Of a stretch of DNA of 64,000 nucleotides, positions 48,593-59,100 are shown in pieces. The translations under genes and the position numbers were made by a program. Location: contig NC_047017.1 of assembly GCF_902652985.1 (NCBI RefSeq), forward strand, positions 32,550,001 through 32,614,000, written 5' to 3'. Every line of letters starts with the position of its first letter. Position 1 is the stretch's first letter. The notes beneath the pieces are model-generated. The model saw only the letters and a list, made by a program, of their open reading frames with translations. It was not told the DNA's origin and did not search any database. The stretch is from Pecten maximus (lineage: Eukaryota).

Positions 48593-49959
48593 GGCGAGGA
48601 TCTTCTCGGGACTTGGATGAAGATATAGTTATAACGACAAAGCTGAAATACGCTTCACACCAACCAAGCTGTATGTAGGAGGCCTGGTGTTTCCTGTTGA
48701 TTGGACCCACAACTATGTCTGATGATGTCATACGTCGGCGGGTCCTTGTAGTTCTCGTTGTCAAGTGTCAGGAATGTGTCCTACTCTCTAACTACGGGCA
48801 CCCTAACCTGTCGTGCCATGTCGCAGTTTCGAAATCAAATCGACAAAACAGATGTTCGAGAAAATGGGAATGGCGTCCTTTGTGACACAAGAGTATCGAA
48901 AATGTCCTTTTGGACATTGCTTGAAGATCATCTCAATTTCATCGAACACTATTTACCGTTTATAGTTGCATACAAGCGCATACGTACCTTTGAGTTTAAT
49001 GTGACACCAGTAGTTGTTTTTAGCCAGTTCCAACACTTCCCTTACCGCCTTTCCTTATTTAGATGTTACGTTGTTTCGCTTTATTAAGTTATACTGTAAT
49101 GGTTGAGCTCATGTTAAGGAAACACAAACGACTGTGGATATTGTATTTCGTACATTCATACAAATGCAAATATGTGCTTTGTATTTTTTGTTTACTACGG
49201 AAGCCAGTTTAGGACCCACAGTCATAAAATGATATTGAGATGATACATTTATAAATGCCTTAGCCATATAAAGAAATAGTATTGCGTATACCCGATAATT
49301 ATTACTTCGTATAACATGACGACATCATATTTTATAAATTGATTGTTGATAACTCAGTCCGGGCTAGAGGTGCAGTAACCTTAGGCGAGACGCTTCACTT
49401 GGATTGATTTGGAAGGCATGTGCGATAAGTATCCCGTAGGATCCGGTAAAGTAGCCACTAACTACTACAACGAGACTTTATATAAATGACGGGTGTGACT
49501 CCCCAGGGGCCGGAGTGGTGAGGTAAGATAGAGGAATATAAGCCTTTTAGATCGCTTCTAGTCCTGAAGACGATATCACCTGGTAATCGAGACGGTACTA
49601 AAGGAAACATCGTCGGTAACCCACGGTCCTGATGCTCTGTCCGTGAGCGTCATGACCTTGGGTTACCGACGATGTAAAGAAGACTGCCTGTAAACTACCC
49701 AGCGTGCCTGAGATGCCGCGCCCATGATCGTTAAACGAGCATTTGCCCTTAATGGACACACTGCATGGACCATCCTCGATACTCTAGAGGTTAAGATCAC
49801 ATACGCTCTCTGTTCCGGAATATCGAGGATATGGATGGATAGGACACCTGTTTCACCAAAGGGAGATATAGACAACCCCCTTGTGTCACTTAAACCGCAG
49901 GTATTTGTAGTTTTAATGTATTGAATAATAAAAATGATGAAAACAAAACCTAGTGTAGG

Positions 49960-50425
49960 TTTTTGTGTCGCCTACAAAAAACAGGCGACATATAGCTATC
50001 AATATGCCGGCGATGGTGTCGGCGGCGTCCGTGTACGAGGTTTCCATGCATAAGTTCTCCTTTGGCCGATCATGCATTCCTTACTAGAAGTACTTGCGTG
50101 GAATTGCTTTTCAGGTCCAAAGGTGAAAGGTCAAGGTCATTGTTACTAAAAATAGAAAGTTATTTTTCTCTGAAGTTCCATTTGGTCCATCAAACTCAAA
50201 CTTTTTTACCTTACCACAAGCGCTTGCATGGGATTGTCTTTTTACAATGGACAAGATTACTGTTACTATACATAGAAAATCTGTTTCCGTGCAATAAGTA
50301 ATAACTCCAATCGGACAACCTCGAGCCTTTCCGGCAAGCTCGGAAAAGCACATGAACAATACCCGAGGTGTTCCGATTGCAATAACTCTTGTAATCTGCG
50401 AAGGCGACACATTAATTATCGTGGA
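49960..50425 (+). mobile_element. Short HINE/MITE-like element
   Basis: ttttgtgtcgcct..aggcgacata palindrome, then a ggcggcgtcc microsatellite; matching aggcgacaca at ~50402. Confidence 0.5.
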
Positions 50426-50779
50426 AATTTTGCTATAAAATAACATAATTTCATAAAGAATCATACTGAAAATAAAAAGATTAAGCAAACTAGTAACAAA
50501 ACCAAATCAAATGAAGGACGGGGTGGATTTTGATGAAATTTGGTATTGAGAATTAATGGGTGAGGGAGATCCAATATTGTATAAATGGAGGGTACGGCTC
50601 CTCGATCTGGGGCCGCAGGGGCAGAGCCCAATATTAGAAAGTATTTGTTGAAGTTTCTTCCTTTGTATGGACAAAGTGATTTTTATCTTATTCAATTTCA
50701 ACATTTTTATTATTAATCTAGTCAGGAACGGTTATATGAAAAAACAGAGTAGTTTTGACGTTTTTCAAACTTTAATGTT

Positions 50780-51145
50780 CGCATGGCGCATTGTCGCTCT
50801 TTGCATGGCACATTGTCGCGCTCTTTGCATGGCGCATTGTCGCTCTTTGCATGGCGCATTGTCGCTCTTTGCTTGGCGCATTGTCGCTCTTTGCACGGTA
50901 CATTGTCGCTCTTTGCTTGGGGCATTGTCGCTCTTTGCATGGCGCATTGTCGCTCTTCTCATGGCGGGGGCGCCAATACGACAGTGAGACATGACTGAAA
51001 TCAGCCACCATAGGGAATACACCGGCCGGTATAAAATCAGCCACCATAGGGAATACACCGGCCGGTATAAAATCAGTCACCATAGGGAATACAACGGCCG
51101 GTATAAAATCAGTCACCATAGGGAATACACCGGCTGGTATAAAAT
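50780..51145. repeat. Adjacent GC-rich arrays: 22 bp x ~8 and 36 bp x 4 (probably internal to a transposon)
   Basis: tggcgcattgtcgctctttgca (50780-50957) and aaatcagccaccatagggaatacaccggccggtata (50998-51145). Confidence 0.9.
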
Positions 51146-51839
51146 TAGAGCGCCTTAATATACAGCGTATTTGGGAAGCCGGAACTGAATCATCATTTTA
51201 AGCACAGGTGATCCGATGTTAAGTCATAATTTCTGCTGACATCATTATTACGCTTTCATGTCGATTTTAAAATGTACACAAATATTTCAGTGTTCGGTTC
51301 ACAAAACGCAAACTTGCAGGAACGCGCGAACTTTCTACAAATTACTAAAAGAAATTTTGTTCATTTTTTTAAAACATATAAAAATCAAAACTTGTGTGGA
51401 ATCTCCCGATACAACATTGATATCACGTTAAAATGCAATGAATATCTCGTTGTTATGGCCTTGTTAAATCACTCTGACACACTTCCGTTTGTAACATGGG
51501 GTCACAAATATTCATTGAATAGATATAATACATGGCATACAGTTACATAGTTTACATAGAGAAGGAACATAACCTGGTACGGAAATTAACTTAATACTTC
51601 GTCAAACTTTTCTGAAAATATACAAACTTTTGTATTTTTGTTTTTTGTTTGTTTTTTTGTTTACCTTAAATCTGATAAACAATTCTTGCATTTTGATTTG
51701 AGTTTGATAAGTAAAGTCGTATTTTGGTATGTACTTCTCTAGTAGACGTTTATCTGAATCACTTCCACATTTAGATAAATTATGCTTGTAAATAACGCTA
51801 GGAGCTACACGATGTGCATTATGTCCTTGTTGAGAGAGC

Positions 51840-51992
51840 ACTACTTCCGGTACAGAGTGTCAATGACAGGGACGGATGATGAAAGGTCTCAATCCCCGAG
51901 TGCCCGAGCCGGAAGCTAGCGCACTATTTCATTTCCGGTTCGGACACTATTACGACGCACGGAGGAGCAGGCACCAGGCCTTATAATATACC
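51840..51992. promoter_or_regulatory. CpG-rich promoter/enhancer-like patch with three ETS-type CCGGAA sites and a TATA-like element
   Basis: acttccggt (~51843), ccggaagc (~51909), atttccggt (~51931), ttataatata (~51981); about 1.2 kb upstream of the Arf-like ATG. Confidence 0.3.
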
Positions 51993-52112
51993 CTTCTGTT
52001 TAATCAGTGAATGGAAAGTCAGTATTCTGTTATGTGATGTACTATAACATATCAAATATCTCTTAATCTAACAGTTCTTTGTATATTCCCAACCCACGAC
52101 CCATATTATATG

Positions 52113-52243
52113 TGTAGTAGGAGTGGAAAAATGCACGGTCAGACTGGGACTCGAACCCGGGACCTCTGAACAATAGCCGGATTCTCTTCCAATTGCGCTA
52201 ACTACCTGGTCCCCGATGATCAACCCGGTCCAGTTCCGCTACC
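52113..52243 (-). mobile_element. ~130-bp element with a tRNA-like core and LTR-like ends (candidate solo LTR of a tRNA-carrying non-autonomous LTR element)
   Basis: Pol III B box ggttcgagtccc on the minus strand (52157-52146), degenerate A box, ends TGTAG...GCTAC; no SINE body or tail. Confidence 0.55.
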
Positions 52244-52619
52244 TGATACTCGATACCTCTTCTTCGACGTCGCTGGTTAGCCGATATCAGCCAATTCTGA
52301 CGCATCTTGTAGGAATAACTCACTGTTATCCGGTTGCGCATCATAAAAACTTGGGTAAAACTTAAAAGGTACTTTGTGCCAATGTCTATTTAGACGTTTT
52401 TAAAAAAAAACATTTAGAGTGGGGGCTTCTACTACTGTACTGGGGAGTAAATTCCACAAATCCACCACTCGTCGACTAAAAATTCCGTGTGACTGTCATT
52501 CTGCTCTGTTTTTTATATAGCTTTTTTTAATGTCCTCTGGTGTTAGTTTGTGCCATCGTGAAAATCATGTTTTTATCCAATATGTCTATATTGTTTAGTA
52601 TTTTGTAAACTTCAAATGT

Positions 52620-52870
52620 ATAAACAAGACAATTCGGCGAATTACAGTCCCCCACCGGATTTGAAAATATTTTCTCCCTGAATGATACATTCGAAATAAA
52701 CAAGGTGAACCCGTACGTACACCAAGTATATATGAAGTTTTAGTGACTATAGTAGATTAGTGTAAATACAGAGCCCGGACAAGATGGAAGGACGGACTGA
52801 CGGACGGACGCAAAGTTATAGTCACCCCACCCTACCCAAACCCCTGTTCCCGGTGGGCAAATACTAATAA
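52620..52870 (-). mobile_element. Decayed short HINE-like element in reverse orientation
   Basis: aaacaag start with attcggcgaatt hairpin, (ggac)n microsatellite, repeated agtcccccacc sub-TIR-like motif. Confidence 0.45.
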
Positions 52871-53161
52871 CTAATAACTCAAGATCTGATGAATATGAAA
52901 ATATTCACGTCTTGACACAAATTATTAACAACGGGAGCGAGGCCCGGGCGTTCCCGAGTAGTCCGGGCTGTAATTAGGACACCCCGCTGTTGTAATGTTT
53001 ACATCACGTGTCTGTGTTGCTGGGGCCTGGCGGAAAATCTTCAACGTCGGGCCCACTAAGCTAGCTTATTCTGCGTGTTTCATGGAATTAAAACAAAACC
53101 ACAGAAAACAAACAAAAATGACTTTCTGACACATGCATGCAATAATAAATATATCATCACC

Positions 53162-56100
53162 ATGGGTCAGCTGGCGACTAAGGTGTGCGGCGGCGGAGAC
53201 GAATCGTTTAGAATCCTCATGCTTGGTCTAGACAACGCAGGTAGGGGAACACTCGTTTACAAATATTAGCTTACATGTAGCCTAGATCTAAATAGTTAGA
53301 GCTATGCTAATCGTGCCGTCATAGGTACTCGCCTCGTCGTCAATACATACAAAATATAATCATACCGTGACAGCAGGATTCTGATATTTTGTTTTTAAAA
53401 TTATTTGGCGGGCCGCTTAAATTGGTGATATAACTCACCAAAAGGACACAATTTGGACTGCAATCGACTAGATATTGCCATATAGGTGGTTTTCTTAAAG
53501 AAGAGACAAAGAAGGCTTGTATCCTTACCTAGACATTATACAGTGATTATGGCAAAACGCTATAGCTACAGTTTAAAAGAAGAAAGATTTCAATGTTTGG
53601 TATATTTTCTCATCGCAACTCCTATATATATCTTCATGCATTTTGACGAAAGCTTAGACTTATTCAGTTCTGTCGAGAGGAGAGTTTACTAAACTTAAAT
53701 TTGTCGTAAGGAGTCACTTCTCAGCTTCTTTCTGTCCAGCGGAGAGCTTACTAAGCTTCATTCTGTCGAGAGGAGAGCTTAAGTACTAAGCTTCATTCTG
53801 TCGAGAGGAGAGCTTAAGTACTAAGCTTCATTCTGTCAAGAGGAAAGCTTACTAAACTTCATTCTGTCGAGAGTATTTCTTACTAAACTTTGTTCAACCG
53901 AGAGGAAAGCTTATTTAGCTTAATTCTGTCGAGAGGACAGCTTTCTAAGCTTCATTCTGTCGAGAGAAGAGTTATACTTAGCTTAATTGTGCCAAGAGGA
54001 GGCTACTAAGCTTCATTCTGTCGAGAGGAAAGCTTACTAAACTTCATTCTGTCGAGAGTATTTCTTACTAAACTTTGTTCTACAGAGAGGAAAGCTTATT
54101 TAGCTAAATTATGTCGAGAGGACAGCTTTCTAAGCTTCATTCTGTCGAGAGAAGAGTTATACTTAGCTTAATTGTGCCAAGAGGTTACTAAGCTTCATTC
54201 TGTCGAGAGGAAAGCTTACTAAACTTCATTCTGTCGAGAGTATTTCTTACTAAACTTTGTTCTACAGAGAGGAAAGCTTATTTAGCTAAATTATGTCGAG
54301 AGGACAGCTTTCTAAGCTTCATTCTGTCGAGGGAAGATCTCACTAAACTTCACTCTTTCGAGAGGAGAGCTTACTTAGCTTCATTATGTCAAGAGGAGAG
54401 CTTACTTCACTTCATTCTGTCGAGAGGGGAGCTCATCAAACATATTTCTGTCTGGAGATCTTATAAAACTTATTTCTGCCGATATTAGATCTTATCAATA
54501 GTAGTTCTGTCGAGAGGAGATCTTATCAAACTTAAGTCTGCCGAGAGGAGATCTTATCAAACTTAAGTCTGCCGAGAGGAGATCTTATCAAACTTTGTTC
54601 TGTCTAGAGGAGATCTTATCAAACTTAGTTCTGTCTAGAGGAGATCTTATCAAACTTAGTTCTGTCTAGAGGAGATCTTATCAAACTTTGTTCTGTCTAG
54701 TGGAGATCTTATCAAACGTAGTTCTGTCGAGAGGAGATCTTATCAAACTTAGTTCAGCCGAGAGGAGATCTTATCAAACTTTGTTCTGTCGAGAGGAGAT
54801 CTTATCAAACAGTTCTGTCTAGAGTAGATCTTATCAAACTTAGTTCTGTCGAGAGGAGATCTTATCAAACAGTTCTGTCGAGAGGAGATCTTATCAAACT
54901 TAGTTCTGTCGAGAGGAGATCTTATCAAACTTTGTTCTGTCTAGAGGAGATCTTATCAAACGTAGTTCTGTCGAGAGGAGATCTTATCAAACTTTGTTCT
55001 GTCTAGAGGAGATCTTATCAAACTTAGTTCTGTCTAGAGGAGATCTTATCAAACTTAGTTCTGTCGAGAGGAGATCTTATCAAACTTAGTTCTGTCTAGA
55101 GGAGATCTTATCAAACGTAGTTCTGTCGAGAGGAGATCTTATCAAACTTTGTTCTGTCGAGAGGAGATCTTATCAAACATTGTTCTGTCTAGAGGAGATC
55201 TTATCAAACTTAGTTCTGTCTAGAGGAGATCTTATCAAACTTAGTTCTGTCTAGAGGAGATCTTATCAAACTTTGTTCTGTCTAGAGGAGATCTTATCAA
55301 ACTTTGTTCTGTCTAGAGGAGATCTTATCAAACTTTGTTCTGTCTAGAGGAGATCTTACCAAACTTTGTTCTGTCTAGAGGAGATCTTATCAAACAGTTC
55401 TGTCGAGAGGAGATCTTATCAAACTTAGTTCAGCCGAGAGGAGATCTTATCAAACAGTTCTGTCGAGAGGAGATCTTATCAAACTTTGTTCTGTCGAGAG
55501 GAGATCTTATCAAACTTTGTTCTGTCGAGAGGAGATCTTATCAAACAGTTCTGTCTAGAGGAGATCTTATCAAACTTAGTTCTGTCGAGAGGAGATCTTA
55601 TCAAACTTAGTTCTGTCTAGAGGAGATCTTATCAAACGTAGTTCTGTCGAGAGGAGATCTTATCAAACTTTGTTCTGTCGAGAGGAGATCTTATCAAACA
55701 TTGTTCTGTCTAGAGGAGATCTTATCAAACTTAGTTCTGTCTAGAGGAGATCTTATCAAACTTAGTTCTGTCTAGAGGAGATCTTATCAAACTTAGTTCT
55801 GTCTAGAGGAGATCTTATCATCTTAGTTCAGCCGAGAGGAGATCTTATCAGACTTAGTTCTGTCTAGAGGAGATCTTATCAAACTTAGTTCAGCCGAGAG
55901 GAGATCTTATCAAATTTAGTTCTGTCTAGAGGAGATCTTATCAAACGTAGTTCTGTCTAGAGGAGATCTTATCAAACTTAGTTTTGTCTAGAGGAGATCT
56001 TATCAGACTTAGTTCTGTCTAGAGGAGATCTTATCAAACTTAGTTCAGCCGAGAGGAGATCTTATCAAACTTAATTCTGTCTAGAGGAGATCTTATCAAA

Positions 56101-59100
56101 CGTAGTTCTGTCTAGAGGAGATCTTATCAAACGTAGTTCTGTCTAGAGGAGATCTTATCAAACGTAGTTCTGTCTAGAAGAGATCTTATCAAACGTAGTT
56201 CTGTCTAGAAGAGATCTTATCAAACTTAGTTCAGCCGAGAGGAGATCTTATCAAACTTTGTTCTGTCTAGAGGAGATCTTATCAAACGTAGTTCTGTCTA
56301 GAGGAGATCTTATCAAACTTAGTTCTGTCTAGAGGAGATCTTATCAAACTTAGTTCTGTCTAGAGGAGATCTTATCAAACTTAGTTCTGTCTAGAGGAGA
56401 TCTTATCAAACGTAGTTCTGCCTAGATTCGAGTTGGCCTTATTTCGTTCCGTCGAGTGGCATTATAAGTGGAACACTGAAATCGGTATATTTTTTACATT
56501 CTCGAAATAAATGTTTTGTCAAGTGGTTGATTCTATTTAGATATTTATATTTATAGCCCGAGTTTCCTCTGGCCCGGATACCATGATGTATGGTGCCAGG
56601 GCCAGATGAAACTTATACTCATACTACGTATCACTCGTGACATTTCGTCCTCAACAATTGTCATTTGATGTGCAACTATTTGGTATTGAAATATCTTCTC
56701 TCGTCCTAACAGGTAAGACAACAATCCTGTACAAACTGAGGCTAGGCGAGGTGGTGTCCACGAGCCCGACCGTGGGGTTCAATGTTGAGAACGTGACCCC
56801 GAGTAAAGGTGTTGCATTCACTATGTGGGACATCGGCGGGCAACGGCAGATTAGACCTCTCTGGAGGCACTACTACGGCGGGGCTCAAGGTAATTATTTA
56901 ATGATATTTAATGGTATTTAATGATTTTCTGGTACAGGATATAGTTCATCCTCTCCAGACTCGGTACATGGTAATTGTTGTAACAATAATTTTGAATGTA
57001 ACGACACTACAGTTCACAAACTGACCTTGAAATTGTGAAATAAATCAATGTTTTCCCCGTGTTTATCCAGTTCATTTTTGAAATAATTCAAATTATCAGC
57101 ACACACTAGACTTTCTGGTAGGCCATTCCACACATTTACAGTTCGTAGTAAAAAGCTATTTTACCTCTCGTTACGTGGACACTGTCGAGGGTATATTTCC
57201 AAGAATTTCCTCTGTTTCCTGACCGATTTGAAACATTTCCCCATAACTTCAAAAACCCGGTTACCTCGTGATCGTGTTTTCCATGAATTATATTATATAG
57301 TTCGATCATATCTCCTCGCTGCTTCCTAATGATAATGTTGGTAAATGCAGGCACTTCAATCTTTCTGGATATGGCAGATGTTTTACTTCGGCGACCAGTT
57401 TTGTTGCCCTTCCCTGAACATCTTTATCTATGAAGATTTTCTATGTAGTGTTTTCTGCAGGTACGAAATGTTTGATTGAGTGTTTTGAGTTTGTATTATG
57501 CTGACCGGTCTCTACACGTTCTATATCACAGCCTGCACCACAGTATAGGTCCATGGTACATTTTATGCCACTCATATGCATGGGCGGGAAAACTTTCCGC
57601 TCAATATCTACATGTATATTTTAAACGTTGTAGTACCCGACAGTGAGGAATGACACTCTGTGTCCGCCAGGTCAGGGTAGTGTACGAAACACGGTATGAC
57701 ACTCCACCACGTCAGGGTAGTGTACGATACACGGTATGACACTCCATCACGTCATGGTAGTGTACGGTACACGGTATGACACTCTGGGTCCACCACCTCA
57801 GGGTAATGTACGATACACGGTATGACACTCTGGGTCCACCACGTCAGGGTAGTGTACGATACACGGTATGACACTCTGGGTCCACCACCTCAGGGTAATG
57901 TACGATACACGGTATGACACTCTGGGTCCACAACGTCAGGGTAGTGTACGATACACGGTATGACACTCTGGGTCCACCACGTCAGGGTAGTGTACGGTAC
58001 ACGGTATGACACTCCACCACGTCAGGTTATTGTACGATACACGGTATGACACTCTGGGTCCACCACGTCAGAGTAGCGTATGGTACACGGTATGACACCC
58101 TTGGTCCACCACGTCAGGGTAGTGTACGGTACACGGTATGACACTCTTGGTCCACCACGTCAGAGAAGTGTACGGTACACGGTATGACACTCTGGGTCCA
58201 CCACGTCAGGGTAGTGTACGGTACACGGTATGACACTCTGGGTCCACCACGTCAGGGTAGTGTACGGTACACGGTATGACACTCTGGGTCCACCACGTCA
58301 AGGTAGTGTACGTTACACGGTATGACACTCTGGGTCCACCACGTCAGGGTAGTGTACGTTACACGGTATGACACTCTGGGTCCACCATCTCAGGGTAATG
58401 TACGATACACGGTATGACACTCTGGGTCCACCACGTCAGGGTAGTGTACGGTACACGGTATGACACTCTTGGTCCACCACGTCAGGGTTGTGTGCGGTAC
58501 ACGGTATGACACTCTGGGTCCACCACGTCAGGGTAGTGTACGATACACGGTATGACACTCTGGGTCCACCACGTCAGGGTAGTGTACGGTATACACGGTA
58601 TGACACTCTTGGTCCACCACGTCAGGGTAGTGTACGGTACACGGTATGACACTCTTGGTCCACCACGTCAGGGTAGTGTACGGTACACGGTATGACACTC
58701 CACCACGTCAGGGTAGTGTACGTTACACGGTATGACACTCTGGGTCCACCACGTCAGGGTAGTGTACGTTACACGGTATGACACTCTGGGTCCACCACGT
58801 CAGGGTAGTGTACGGTACACGGTATGACACTCTGAGTCCACCACGTCAGGGTAGTGTACGGTACACGGTATGACACTCTTGGTCCACCACGTCAGGGTAG
58901 TGTACGGTACACGGTATGACACTCTGGGTCCACCACGTCATGGTAGTGTACGGTACACGGTATGACACTCTGGGTCCACCACCTCAGGGTAATGTACGAT
59001 ACACGGTATGACACTCTGGGTCTACCACGTCAGAGTAGTGTACGGTACACGGTATGACACTTTGGGTCTACCACGTCAGAGTGGACTTGAGAAGTCATGC

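Noticed and set aside
48441-49087. ORFs overlapping or upstream of claudin-like exon 1
   Set aside because: Alternate-frame or antisense by-products of a GC-richer exon and promoter; no motifs.
52135-52212. Functional tRNA gene
   Set aside because: The D-arm/A box and anticodon arm are disrupted, and a diverged relative occurs elsewhere in the window, so it is repeat-derived.
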